DNA from: the human T2T-CHM13v2.0 reference genome, Homo sapiens
Assembly: GCF_009914755.1 (NCBI RefSeq)
Contig: NC_060926.1
Length of the DNA stretch: 64,000 nucleotides
Direction: 5' to 3' (one strand)
Part shown: one piece after another, positions 16,734 through 30,055 of the stretch
Position numbering within the stretch: position 1 is the first letter of the stretch
How the letters are laid out: every line of letters starts with the position of its first letter
Notes under the pieces: generated by a model
What the model saw: the letters and a program-made list of their open reading frames with translations, nothing else
Told to the model about the DNA's origin: nothing
Databases searched by the model: none
Made by a program: the position numbers and the translations under genes

Positions 16734-17035
16734 TAAATACTGCCACAGATTCACAGACTATTGACAACTTTCCTGAAAGTTTGCTTAGATTATCATTATA
16801 CTTAAAAGCACAGTCTACCATTATACTTAAAAGAAGTCTACTCTGCTGCAGCTAGAAGAAAATTTAAGAAAGAAAATTAGAACTCTATGCCAACTCTGGG
16901 ATATAACAGTTTTAGAGTGCCCTAGCCAAGAAGGGTTGGCCACAGATAGATTCAAGATCACCAAATGGCATTTTCTTGGCCTTGTCTGAAAACTGCTGCC
17001 CCAAGTGTTCACAGGATTGTTTCTTTCTCTTTCAG

Positions 17036-17295
17036 CTTCCTCCATTCTCAAAAGGGAGAAACGACTGAGGACAAAGAATGTACATTTTAGTTGTGTCACC
17101 GTGTACTACTTCACCAGGAGGCAAGGCTTCACAAGTGTGCCCAGTCAAGGGGGAAGCACCCTGGGGATGTCCAGCCGCCATAACAGCGTGCGCCAGTACA
17201 CTCTTGGCGAGTTTGCAAGGGAGCAGGAGAGGCTCCACCGGGAGATGTTGAGAGAACACCTTAGGGAGGAAAAGCTGAACTCCTTAAAACTAAAG
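17036..17295 (+). CDS. CSRNP3: CSRNP3 internal coding exon (260 nt): SSILKREKRLRTKNVHFSCVTVYYFTRRQGFTSVPSQGGSTLGM...EKLNSLKLK
   Basis: Polypyrimidine tract and TTTCAG acceptor ending at 17035; AAG|GTAAAA donor at 17295/17296. Translation carries the CSRNP family signature VTVYYFxRRQGFTSVPSQGGSTLGM. Ends in phase 0, joining the exon at 35653. Confidence 0.96.
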
Positions 17296-17486
17296 GTAAA
17301 AAACAAACTCATTTTCTGCAAAGTCTCATATCCTTACAGCAATTTGATTGAGTTAACCGTTTTCATATTTATAATCACGAAACAAACTGGGCACTTTACA
17401 TAACAGACTGCTTGCTGACATTTTTTTAAAGCAAAACGATATAGTCTGTTTGCTAAAAGCAATGTGGGAAACTTACCTGACATCAT

Positions 17487-18830
17487 TTATTCATTCATTC
17501 CACCAATATTTACTATTGAATATTGTGAGATCATATGCCCTGTGCTTGGGCTAGGGCTAGTAGGAGACCAAAAATAGATGTGGTCCTCTCTCTATAGGAA
17601 CTTATAGAATAGTAGAAAAGAAAAATATTAATAAAAGTGCTAAACAAAATAAAAGCACAACTTCATTGAGTGCAATGTAGAAGAGTTGCAAGGTATTATG
17701 AAAGTTTATAATAGGGAATTGATGTGGTCAAGGAGGTCAAGGAAAGCTTTCTCAAGGAAGTGAAATGAAAATCTGAAGAGGTGACTAGGCAAAGAGGATT
17801 GGCAAGAGCATTTCAGATATCAAGAAAAGCCAGAGCTACTGTATTAGTCTGTTTTCATGCTGCTGATAAAGACACACCCGGGACTAGGTAATTTATAAAG
17901 AAAAGGAGGTTTAATGAACTCAGTTCCATATGGCTGGGGAGGCCTCACAATCATGGCGGAGGGCAAAAGGCACTTATTACATGGCGGCAGCAAGAGGGAA
18001 AGTGAGAGCCAAGTGAAAAAGGAAACTCCTTATAAAACCATCAGATCTCATGAGACTTATCACTACCATGAGAACGCTATGGGGGAACCGCACCCATGAT
18101 TCAATTATCCCCCACTGGGTCCCTGCCACAACACATGGGAATTATGGGAGTTACAATTCAAGATGAGATGTGGGTGAGGACACAGCCAAACCATATCAGC
18201 TACCTTGTGCCAGGAGGGAACACAGTGAGTCCACAATGGCTTGTGTGGCTGGAGCAGAGGCAAGAAGAATGAAGTAACGTGAAGGAGGCAGGAATGAGGC
18301 TTTGTAAACCATATTAAGGTATTTTTTCCTCTTCTTCCTAAGGCCATCAAAAGTCGTCAAGAGTTTTAAGCTGAGTTGGAGTGGCAGAATATGATCCAGC
18401 TCACGAAATGGTGGGAGAAAAAGTTATGGGTAGGGTAAGTGGTGTTGAGACGGGATGGAATATATGAAGTTAGACCAGTTAGAAAGCTGTTACCACAGTC
18501 AGGGAGAGAGGTGACAGTAGGTTATATTAGACTGATGATGGTAGGGGAGTCGGAGAGAGATGAATAGAGGGAGAAATTTAGCAAACAAAATCAGCAGTGC
18601 TTAACGACAGGTTGGATTTAGGAGGAAGAGAAGGAGATTGTCAGGAATGACCCCTAAATTTCTGGCTTGCAAAACTGAATGGGTTGTAGGTGATAATACT
18701 GTTTTGCTATGACAAGGAACACAGGAAGGGGACAGGCTGGGGGTGGGATGTGGATAGTGAGATCATTTTTGGACATACTGAGTTTGAGGGGCTTTTGAGT
18801 TACCAAGAGATGTCAGGAAGGTATCCAAGT
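17487..18830 (-). mobile_element. L2 LINE fragment interrupted by a THE1 solo LTR
   Basis: TTCATTCATTCC tail; AGGAAAGCTTTCTCAAGGAAGTGA; TTTTGGACATACTGAGTTTGAGG motifs. Confidence 0.7.
17840..18198 (-). mobile_element. THE1 solo LTR (MaLR)
   Basis: TGTATTAGTCTGTTTTCATGCTGCTGATAAAGAC ... CAGCCAAACCATATCA; perfect 5-bp TSD GCTAC at 17835-17839 and 18199-18203. Confidence 0.93.
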
Positions 18831-19489
18831 GGAAAAACTTATTTTTGTGCCACTTTAGAGATTAAATGGAGAGAATTATGACACTGAAAACATCTTTTGT
18901 CAACTAAAGACACTCTTCCGTTGGATTATCACCTTATCAATTGATAGGAAATATTTTTCCATCATTATTTAATGACAACGAAAATCTTTCTTAGGTAATC
19001 CAGCGTACTTAACATAAATGGTCGTTTGTTAAATACCTGAAGCACCATAAGCACAGCTGGGTTAGCATTACTTTTAGTTTTCAGAATAAAGTCAGTCAGC
19101 AGGGGTGTGATGTGTGTTTCAAAACATCTTGTTTTCATGTACTTTGCAATGTATGTACGTGCCATGTTCCCAATTTCATGGCAAAGCAGTCACTTAAATT
19201 AAGCTGGATACAAGCTAGCTTAGAGCATGTCTCTTACTTTGGCAGTATTTTTGGCAGGTTTCACTGAAAGTCTCGGGTCTCATTAAAAGTTTTGTCAGTA
19301 GCAATCCTCTATTATTGTTGTTGTCTTTTATGCTTGCTCTGCATGTAGCTTAATTTAGTAAAAATTCTCAGATTTGCTTCTCTTCTGAAATCCACCCTCT
19401 GCCTTTGTCACCCACAGCAAACCAACTCTACCCTCTACCCAAAGAGTGAAGTCGTTCTCCAAATTCAAGTATTGATAGCACAATAGTAA

Positions 19490-19670
19490 TGGCTGCCAAT
19501 TATTAAGTGATTTTATTTGCCAGGTACTTTATGAACATGATTTAATGTAATCCTCAGGAAGACCCAGTGGAATAGGTAAATTATTAGAACATGTTTACAA
19601 CTGAGAAATAAAAGAAGCACAGAGATGTTAAGTTGGCTCATCCAAATAGAAAATGGATTCTATTATCTTA
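19490..19670 (-). mobile_element. MIR SINE
   Basis: TGCCAGGTACTTT...TAATCCTCA...TTTACAACTGAGAAA...GCACAGAGATGTTAAGT. Confidence 0.55.
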
Positions 19671-20511
19671 TTACTTCCTATTCTTAAATTAATTGATTAG
19701 CTCCTATAGGCATTGAGAAAGACAGTCTTTGTACCTTTGGGGAGTCATCCTCTGTGGGGTCTGGTACTGTGTGCAGTGGTTTTTAACAGCTGGAGGACTG
19801 ACACGCTGTCTGAGAACCAAAAGATTTATTGTGGTGAACTCCGAGACACGTGATACATGTGATGAATGTAAGGGGAAGTCACAAACCTACAGCAACCTTC
19901 TCCCATGTGCTATGTACTATAATTTGTATCCAGCTACTTCCATACATTTTTTAAATAAGCTGAATGAGAAAAGAAGGAGCCAAAAGACCACTCTATTACT
20001 AATTTGTTTTTTAAAATTCTGCTTATTGTTGGATGTTGGAGAGGCAATCATCTGAGCTAGTGTCAGGTATCAGTTTGTTATTGGTAATTGAAAACACGGT
20101 TTTCCCCTTTGGTGAAATGTAAACAAAAGGCATTTGGTTATCATCACTACTTCCAAATAAATACCAACCTAAAAGATAATGACATTTTGAGATGATCCAA
20201 TCTTAACCTCACTGTGCTTAAAGTATTCAGAAACACATGTCACACAAAGCTAAAAGATCACAGCAATATGAACCAGCTTTTTAAAACTCTGAGGAGAATT
20301 AATGGAGAAAAACTTGTGTATATTTTCATTGTAATTCCTCTAGTATGTGAACTTTTATGATTTTTAAAATATTATTGACTGTGGTTTAGCTATCCAAAGC
20401 CAGCTACCCCAAAACATAGCTATTCAAAAATTTCACTCTGATACTTGAAATTTCACTTTTAATGTGGTATTTGTTTGAAATATAAACACCTCTGGTGTAA
20501 GTAACAAAATA

Positions 20512-20904
20512 TAGATGCCCCTCAATTTGCAGTGGAATTATCTCCTGATAAACCCATCGTAAATTTAAAATATCATTAAGTTGAAAAATGCATTTAATAC
20601 ACCTAACGTACTGAACATTATGGCTTAACTTAGCCCACCTTAAACATGCTCAGAACACTTACATTGGCCTACCGGAGAGGAAGATCATCTGGCCACACAG
20701 TTTGCCATAAGGTAGCAGTTGTTCATCCTCACGATTGCATGGCTGACAGAGCTGTCCCAATACCCTGTATCATGCAAGGATATTGCTAGCCCAGCAAAAG
20801 ATCAAAATTCAAAATTCAAAGCCTAGTTTCTACTGAATGTATATTGCTTTTGCACCATCATAAACTCATGAAAAGCCAAACCATCATAAACCAGGGACCT
20901 TTTG
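20512..20904 (+). mobile_element. MER47B-like TcMar-Tigger MITE
   Basis: AGATGCCCCTCAATTTGC...GATAAACCCATCGTAA...TAATACACCTAAC...TTTCTACTGAATG...CAGGGACC; same family as 6877-7245 in opposite orientation. Confidence 0.75.
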
Positions 20905-21393
20905 TAAATGTGGCTAAATTGATTTCATTATTTTGACTGGGGCAGCAGAAGGGTCATTGGTACGGAAAAGCATTCCAGAAAGAAAAGTAAGGATTGTTAA
21001 AGACAAACTTTGCGCACTGTGAGTTGGCCTGAGTTGGTCCTTTGTGAGTGACAGTGAATTGCCCGCTGAATAAGGAGTGAGGAAAGGCAGCATCTGACAA
21101 GAGAGACAGTTTCCAAACCCATCATTATGGAGACATGTAGTACACCATGGGAAACTCACCGAACTCAGAGCTAGATAGTTTTCCTTCTACTTCTTTGAGA
21201 ACCAACAGCCCCAAAACAGGAAGAAGAAGTTCCTCTTTCCACTGTCCCTCTGTATCTTTCCAGGGTGTCTTTGCTGAGTTCCAAACAGAGAACACATTTA
21301 TATAATGGCACCTCTCATAATGGGGCTTTAATAGAGAAATATGAGAAAAAGAAATACATGCATATACACTTCTAGATATTATAGTACATCTAT

Positions 21394-21493
21394 AGATGTT
21401 ATTTTGGAAACAAAATAAAGATGTTATTTTGAAAACAAAATAAAGATGTTATTTTGAAAACAAAATAAAGATGTTATTTTGAAAACAAAATAA
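21394..21493. repeat. Minisatellite, 4 x 25 bp (AGATGTTATTTTGAAAACAAAATAA)
   Basis: Four head-to-tail copies seen directly; only one substitution (copy 1). Confidence 0.95.
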
Positions 21494-23013
21494 AAGTAGG
21501 AATGTATGTTTTGATCATAAAATTGCTCCTAATTTAGTAATTCATCTTCCAATCAAGTTATGATTTTAGATCTATCAAAAAATAATATGTATGTATTACC
21601 TTAGTAGAACAAATCCAATTCTATTTGGGGGAGTTCAAGTGTGTCTTTTTTTGTTAGTGGTGCTGGTCTTTCAAACATTGTCTATAAACAACTAATAGAG
21701 AAAACTGATTGAATAAAATGCATTTCTAGAAGAAATAAGTAGCTTTAGATTTCTAAATTACAGAGCACAGTTCTTCTTCTCTGTCAAGCCCATTCAAACA
21801 TGTCATACTCTTCACAGTAATCAATGCAGTCATCTTAATACTATACACTTTTCCAAATTAAGTGCTTAGATTTCATCATCTGCACCACATTGTTGAACAA
21901 TTACATTAGACTTTATTCCCAATTCACATGTATCTGTAAAGTGCATTAGGCAGCCATTTGTATGTTTTAAAGAACATTGGTGTTCCAATTGCCTCTGGGT
22001 TCTATCATACTGGATTCTACCACCTTGTTCTAAGAAATTTAATTTAGCTTTCACAGCTTTGGCTTGCCTTTTTATTTTTTCAACCCAAGTTGTTCCTCCT
22101 ATTTCTGAGATCCAAGTGTCTATCTTCATTCTTGCTGCCATTTCTAATTGCTTTTCAGAATTATGTACTTTTCTCAAGTTTTCAGTCATATGTTCCTTGA
22201 GTAATGTGTGGCTGTTACTTGCCCTCCTTCCCTCATTTAAAAAACAAACAAAAAAAGTTGGCAGATGGTAACTCTTCCTTTAATGATTAACCTTTAAAAA
22301 AACTCTACATAAATTTTTTTCATCCCAAATCTCAGATTTATGACTGCTTTGCCCATTTAGTGACTTACCAATGCAATATTATAATTCTCCACTTTACCTC
22401 CAGCCCTGCCCTTTGTATCTCCTCAAAAGTCTTTTGATTTATCTTCCAGATAAGGGCCTTAAATGCCCTGATAGATAGAAGAGATTAGAGGCTTTTGAGA
22501 AACAGTTGAACTATATCAATCATCAACATTTTTGGATGTGTTATTAACTATTTCCCCATACTCTGATTCTTTATTAGATGTGTCAGAACCTGCTGGTCAT
22601 GATATGTTTGAACTCCACTTATCCTTACAGAATTTCTGTTAGATTGTAGAGATTATGCCACAGCATACTTAGTGTCAGAGCTTCCGGAATGCATCCCCAA
22701 ATGGAGGCCCACTTTAACATCAAATGGAAAACTTTGATGTGCTCAATACCTGCTCTGTCACATACACAACCTATTTTGACAGAAAATAAACCTAAACAAA
22801 ATGATGGAGACTGAAAGGGTGGGCTGCAGCCCTGGGCAAATGCAATACATTTAAGAATATGTTCTTTCAAAATATTGTTGGTGTTTTAGTTTAAATGGAA
22901 CAACTAAGCATATGTAATCAAATCTTTAGTTTCTTTCTCTGCAACAACCATTGGACTGTTAATTTAGGGAAGTCAATTGCACTGATTCTACTGATTAAAA
23001 TGTGGGGTATATT

Positions 23014-23197
23014 CAGTGATGTGCTGGAGCCAGCTTGTTAAAGTTGCTCACTAAAGTGGATTGTGTACTTCTCTTCCCAATGGTAGCTTGAAATCAGCTA
23101 TGATGGGTGTATTTAAACCATGAGATTTGGCAAACATGACAAATTAGATTTTTTTTTCCAGAGTGTCAGTTGTTAAATATTTACTAGCATTCTACTA
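23014..23197 (+). mobile_element. MER63-like hAT element
   Basis: CAGTGATGTGCTGGAGCCAGCT ... GGTAGCTTGAAATCAGC ... GTTGTTAAATATTTACTAGCA. Confidence 0.7.
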
Positions 23198-24783
23198 GAT
23201 CCGTCTGGCTTATTAGCTACCACTGAAAGAAGCGATGTTGGTCTAAATCAGAGGGTAGGAGAAAAAAATTTGAGAGGAAATTTTCATATGTCTTATATGT
23301 CGATACTATCATCATCCCTCCTGGTGACTGTGTGGTAATATGTATTCCAGGGTCCTATTGTGACTTCAGGTTGTTGAAATTCTCATAAGCTAACAAAACA
23401 ACCAAACATTCCTAGTTCTTCGAGGGTATAATTAAATTGGTTCCAGTTTGCCACCTGCAATTAACAGCTAATGAGCTAAAGAACTATATTATAAGATGTG
23501 ACTCAATATCCAAATGATATACATATTTTCCTTTAGTTTTCCAGAGACCTTACAGACTAGGTCACTGTCCAACTTATACCACAAAACCAGGAATTTATTG
23601 TATTAAAAACATATCCTATGCTTTCTAGCCTCTTATTGAACAATTCTGGTGATCCAGAGCACACAGCTTTTTGAAATAGCGCATTTCATTTTGCAGCTTT
23701 AATTGTTAGAAAGCTCTTCCTAACATTGAGCAACCTGCTGCCATGTGACCCGAATTCTGCCCCATAAGTACACAGAGTAAATCTTCCCTATTTTCCGAAT
23801 TCTGGCTGTTTGAAAGCAATGGTGATGGACATGCAAATATTTGAAGAAAGCTTATGGGCTCTATATGTTTCTGTTCTGCAGGATTAAACATCCTTGGTTC
23901 TTTCCACTGATCCTCCTGGGGCATGGCTTTTAGGCTCTTTGTTGCCCTGGTTTCCTTCCTCTGGATACAGGGCTATTTATGTCTCCTTTATAATATGGTA
24001 CTTGACCTGGACATGGTGCTCCAGGAATATGTTACGTTATCTTCTCCCAAGTTCGGGATGTTCTTTCCATGGAATACACTAAGGATATAGTGGCTTTTGG
24101 ACTGTGATCAATTTTTTTTCGTTCTTAGTAAGCTGGTGGTAAGCAAAAAACAAACAAACAATAAATAAGCTAAACTAAACAAAAAACAAGCAAACAAAAC
24201 TCAGATCTTTTAAGCCAACTCTGCATTATGATATAAACCAAAATTTTGTAACATCTCCATGGCAAAAGCCCTCTTTAGTGCTAGACATGGCCTGTAGAGA
24301 GTGATCAATAAAGTTTTGTTACATTTAATTTCAATAAACTTGGTCTTGTCATCTGTAGATGTGATAAGCTTGCCTTTTAGGTCTTCATCCAGGTTATGGA
24401 CTTAAAATTGCATTTAACAAAACAGGGCCAAGTTTAGGATATCCTCTCAAGGTAGCTATCCTCAAGAGTAAAAGGAGAAGCACCCCACCATGACCCCCAG
24501 GGAGAAACATTGCCAGGGTGCGCCACTGCTACTGATAGGATGTATAGATGCCGTTATCCTTCATTCCTGGCCTCCTTGTTGGTACAAAAGAGGCTGAGCA
24601 TCACTGGTATTAGAGGCATTTTTACTGCTCAGCTAACTAAAAGTCATATATCCAACCATATTCTTATTAATCAGATTACATTCCATTTTCCACATGAAGA
24701 GCATAAGAAATTCTGTCAGAGTGAAAGAATGGGAAATTCTCAGAACTATATTCTTGTCTTAGAGACAAAATAAGAAATTCTCT

Positions 24784-25068
24784 GGCCGGGCAGGGTGGCT
24801 CGCACCTGTAATCCCAGCACTTTGGGAGGCAGAGGCTGGAGAATTGCTGGAGGCCAGGAGTTAAAGACCAGCCTGGGCAACATAGTGAGACCCCTTCTCT
24901 ACAAAATAATTTAAAATTTAGCTGGGCAGTTGCATGTGCCTGTAGTCCCAGCTACTTGGAAGGTTGTGATGAGTGCATCACTTGGGCCCTGGAGTTCAAG
25001 GTTGCAGTGAGCTATGATTGTGCCATTGTACTGTAGCCTGGGTCCCAGGCGACAGAGTGAGATTCTGG
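24784..25068 (+). mobile_element. AluJ SINE whose tail runs into a GA-rich tract
   Basis: GGCCGGGCAGGGTGGCTCGCACC...GGGCAACATAGTGAGACC (AluJ diagnostics). Confidence 0.92.
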
Positions 25069-25074
25069 GAAAAG

Positions 25075-25119
<45 letters not shown>

Positions 25120-26515
25120 GAGAAAGGAAGGAAGGAAGAAAGGAAGCAAGGAAGGAAGGAAGGAAAGAGAGAGAGAAAGAAAGAGAGAGAGGAAGGAAGG
25201 AGGGAGGGAAGGAAGCAAAGAGAGAGAGGAAGAAAGAAAGAGAGAGGAAGGAAGGAAGGATGGAAGGAAAGAGAGAGAGGAAGAAAGAAAGAGAGAAAGG
25301 AAGGAAGGAAGGATAGAGAGGAAGAAAGAAAGAGAGAGAGAGGAAGGGAGGAAGGAAGGAAGGAAAGAGAGAGAGGAAGAAAGAAAGAGAGAGAAAGGAA
25401 GGAAGGAGAGAGAGGAAGAAAGAAAGAGAGAGAGAAAGGAAGGAAGGAAGGAAAGAGAGAGGAAGAAAGAGAGAGAGAAAGGAAGGAAGGAAGGGAGGAA
25501 AGAGAGAGAGGAAGAAAGAAAGACAGAGAGGAAGGAAGGGAGGAAAGAGAGAGAGGAAGAAAGAAAGACAGAGAGAGGAAGGAAGGAAAGGGAGAGAGGA
25601 AGAAAGAGAGAGGAAGGAAGGAAAGGGAGAGAGGAAGAAAGAAAGAGAGAAAGGAAGGAAGGAAGGAAAGAGAGAGGAAGAAAGAAAGAGAGAGAGGAAG
25701 GAAGGAAGGGAGGAAAGAGAGAGATGAAGAAAGAAAGAGAGAGAGGAAGGAAGGAAGGGAGGAAAGACAGAGAGGAAGAAAAGAGAGAGGAAGGAAGGAA
25801 AGAGAGAGAGGAAGAAAGAGAGAGAGAGAAAGGAAGGAAGGAAAGAGAGAGGAAAACAGAAAGAGAGAGGAAGGAAGGAGAGAGAGGAAGAAAGAAAGAG
25901 AAAGGAAGGCAGGAAGGAAAGAGAGAGAGGAAGAAAGAAAGAGAGAGAAAGGAAGGACGGAAGGAAGGAAGGGAGGAAAGAGAGAGAGTAAGAAAGAGAG
26001 AGAGGAAGAAGGAAAGAGAGAGAAAAAGGAAGGACGGAAGGAAGGGAGGAAAGAGAGAGGAAGAAAGAGAGAGAGGAAGGAAGGAAGGAAAGAGAGAGGA
26101 AGAAAGAAAGAGAGAGAGGAAGGAAGGAAGGAAAGAGAGAGAGGAAGAAAGAAAGAGAGAGAGAGAAAGGAAGGAAGGAAAGAGAGAGGAAGAAAGAAAG
26201 AGAGAGAGGAAGGAAGGAAGGGAAGAAAGAGAGAGATGAAGAAAGAAAGAGAGAGAGGAAGGAAGGAAGGAAGGAAAGAGAGAGAGGAAGAAAGAAAGAG
26301 AGAGGAAGGAAGGAAGGAAAGAGAGGAAGAAAGAGAGAGAGAAAGGAAGGAAGGAAGGAAAGAGAGAGAGGAAGAAAGAAAGAGAGAGGAAGGAAGGAAG
26401 GAAAGAGAGAGAGAAAGAAAGAGAGAGAGAGAGAAAAGGAAGGAAGGAAGGAAAGAGAGAAAGAAAGAAAGAGAGAGAGAAAAGGAAGGAAGGAAGGAAG
26501 GAAGGAGAAAGAAAT
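25069..26515. repeat. ~1.45-kb polypurine compound repeat (GA/GGAA/GAAA) with a loose ~40-nt higher-order unit
   Basis: Seen directly: the + strand is almost entirely A/G with only scattered single pyrimidines. Confidence 0.97.
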
Positions 26516-27648
26516 TTTCAGGACTAGAGCACTGGTTTTCCAACTGTAATCCATGGGGTCTGAGATTAGGGACCAGGGCAGAAAGCCCAAGATGCAGATC
26601 TCATTCTCACTTTTATCTTCCATATGTTAAGCTTCTGCATGGAATTTTAATTGAAAAATGGACACATTCCCTGTAGTAAACTTAGGCAATAGTCTAATAA
26701 TTACTGCTCTTTTTTGTCACATGTACAGAGACCATCTTTTTAAGTATTTTTTTCTAGAATATTGTTATTCAGAACTAGCTTTTTTTAAAAAAAAATTGTT
26801 CTCACTTTGATTATCTTGTAATTCTTTACTCCATGACTCTTCAAAACTGTTACACTGCACAACCATAACTTCAAGCTGTTTCATTGCCTCAAAACATAAA
26901 TTGTCTGGGCCTGGAGATTCTTCCATAAAACAGCGGAGTCCTCTTTCACTGTCTCCTCACCTCCCTTTTGCTTTAAATCCTTCCTGACATGCCTGTTCTC
27001 ACATTTTTGGCTTGAAGGTTTTTCTTTTTGAAAAAGACTATGGAATCTGAATAGGAAGTAAATAATTCTGCTTTGTGACTTTGTACCTAGCCTTCCTTTT
27101 CATGTCTATTCTCTCTTCCACCCCACCACTTCAATAACTTGCACATATATTTTGTGCTCTTACAACATTATATCATATTTATTACACGGTCATCTCCCCC
27201 AGCAGACTGGAACCTCCTTATATGGCAGAACTGTTGTACATCTATAAAACTCCATACCTAGTACAGTGCTTGGCAATATGCCATAGTGATTAAGAATATT
27301 CACTTATTCATTTTAAAAATGTATTAATCAATTACTATGGGACTGGTAATTATCAAGGTGCAAAGGATACACTGGTAAACAAGACAGATGTCATCTCTGC
27401 TCTCAACATGCTCACAGTATGATAGGGGAGATAAACATTAAATCAATCACCAAAGCTAATATAGTCTTACAACACTAGACCACAGGCTATACAGATTTCT
27501 CAGGCCAGGATAAATAAGTTAAAAGTCAGCTGAGAAAATCAAAAGAGTAATACGTTAGCTCAACCAGCTTTATCTGATGTCCTCTCCATTAGAAAGGCCA
27601 CCTCCACATGCCCAAAAAGTAGGACCCAAAGGAAATACTAACTGGTGA

Positions 27649-28051
<403 letters not shown>

Positions 28052-28214
28052 TGAGTGAGCTATTTCTAGGGAAGCTTATTCTGCTCTTTTATCTCTTGCC
28101 CCACAGCACTGAGATCAGCTCTTAGAGTGTACTGCCACGTTGTCTTTTTTTGTTTCCTTTTGTTCAGTTTTTCTACCATTGCTCTTAAGAATTTTTACTC
28201 CAACTGGTCTTGAA

Positions 28215-28430
28215 AGCATGGCTCAAGCTTTGGAGTCAAATAAACCTAAGTTTGATCTTCAACATCATCATTAATTGGCTATTTAGCTAGACTTTGGCAA
28301 ATTATATTCTCCGAACTTCAATTTTCTCAACTACAAAAAAATTTTACTTTATAAGATTGTCATGCAAATTAGGTGAGATAATTTATATACAGTATGGAAC
28401 TTAATGGCTAGTATTTACTATATGGCAGCT
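28215..28430 (+). mobile_element. MIR SINE
   Basis: GCTTTGGAGTCAAATAAACCTAAGTTTGA...CTTTGGCAAATTA...AACTTCAATTTTCTC. Confidence 0.55.
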
Positions 28431-29824
28431 TAGGTCATTCTCAACATCATCATCCTTATTATAATATGCAGTAATCAGTGTCTGTGAAGTTGAATTAGTT
28501 TTTCACATTCTTGTTTCTGGAAATCACTCTCTTTTTCACACGTGTGAATAATTCAGTAATGACCAGAAAATTTTGTTAGTAAACATAGCTTTTAAGTGCT
28601 AAAAAGAAGTGTTTTTATTTTTGTTTTTTGTTTTATTTTGTTTTGCCCTGGCATTTTAGTCAATCTATACTTTTAGTATTGTTTCTCTCTTCTAATCATT
28701 TTATTAGTTGAATTGAATTAGGTGTTTGGGGGCCCTTGATGGCACCAAAAATTTCATCTCATTAAAATTTACGGAAGAACTCATTCACAACATGATATGG
28801 TAAAAACAAACAAAAAGTTGAGCCTTGATTTTTATTTGGGATCCCTATATTTGGCTCAAAGCTGTCTGGGTATCATTCCACTGATTCTGACAGTAATGTG
28901 TCCCATCCCTCAGGTATGTTTAGATGGGCAAAATGATTTATTTCTATAGGGCTTTGGGAATGGTTTTCTCACAGTTATCAGTGCATACGAATCTGCAAAA
29001 TTAAGATGTTTGGTTTCCATCTGTCAAAAAAAAGTTATAGTGGTTTTATTTGTAGAGAGTCTGAACAAGTTTACACAGTGGCTTAAGAACTAAGTCCATC
29101 TTAAGTGTCATCATTGAAACCAAGCATACACACATGTGCATGCGTGCCCACTCACACATGCCCACCCCACACATACATACACACAGGGGCCTTGACCTGG
29201 AGATCCTAACAGTACAACATAGATACATGCATACAGAGATAGGATAAACATAAAATAAAGATGATTAAGTCAAATCATAAATTAAGTCAGTATTCATCAC
29301 CTGTAAACTAGCTAAGCCAAATGGCAAAGAAGAATTTCTCTCTGGATAACTGCTATTTATCTACTTTTAGCTCTTCAATTATGGACCAAGACAGGGAGTG
29401 ATCCCATGCAAGTTCAATCATCTGGATAATTTATAGGTCAATGACTGTATCATGCTCTGTCCTATCTCAGGCCTTTGAAACTATTGTTGCTCAGCATGGA
29501 ATGCCTTCTGTCACCACTGTTCATTTAACTGCTACTCTATTTTCAGATTTGAATATTGAAGTCTTCCCACTTCACCCCACTGCCAGCCCCACTGCCACCC
29601 TCCTACATAACCCTCAAATGCCCCATGTTCACCCTAAGCTAGGAAATCCTTATGAACTAGGTTAAAATTACTAGACTCCTTGTCTCTTTACTCCAGTTCA
29701 TTGGGATCAAGGGCTGTATGTTGTGCACCAGTACACCTAATGCCTGATTCCAAATAATCATAAAAGACTGTTCAGTACCTGTTAAGTGTATTAAAAGAAT
29801 AGATATATGTAATTATTACTACTT

Positions 29825-30055
29825 TTAAGAGCACAAGCTGTAGAGTCACATAGTAGGGTCGTAACTTGATGCACATCCTCATTACTTGCAATCTTGGGCA
29901 AATTATTTAACATTCCTGTGCCTCATTTTCCTCATCAGTTAAATGAATACAATGATAGTATTTGCCTCATGAGATGTATATGATCCTAAATGAACTAATG
30001 CAGGTAAAGTGTTTAGAACAGTGCCTGGCACACAGATGCGAAAGCTGTTATTAAT
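29825..30055 (+). mobile_element. MIR SINE
   Basis: TCTTGGGCAAATTATTTAACATTCCTGTGCCTCATTTTCCTCATC...AAAGTGTTTAGAACAGTGCCTGGCACA. Confidence 0.75.

Noticed and set aside
16794-16841. Short tandem duplication CATTATACTTAAAAG..AGTCTAC x2 (a similar one lies at 37509-37550)
   Set aside because: Ordinary slippage duplication with no supporting functional signal.
17296-17403. 35-codon read-through past the donor of the 260-nt exon
   Set aside because: Short, AT-rich, no recognisable homology; within chance expectation.
21394-21493. Palindromic 25-bp repeats superficially like a CRISPR array
   Set aside because: No spacers, no cas genes, mammalian intron; it is a simple tandem minisatellite.
24911-26676. 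Long ORFs of 570, 515, 552 and 171 aa (L/S/F/P-rich or R/E/K/G-rich)
   Set aside because: Artefacts of a polypurine/polypyrimidine tract that can hardly contain stop codons; they begin or end in an Alu and show no sign of being spliced exons.
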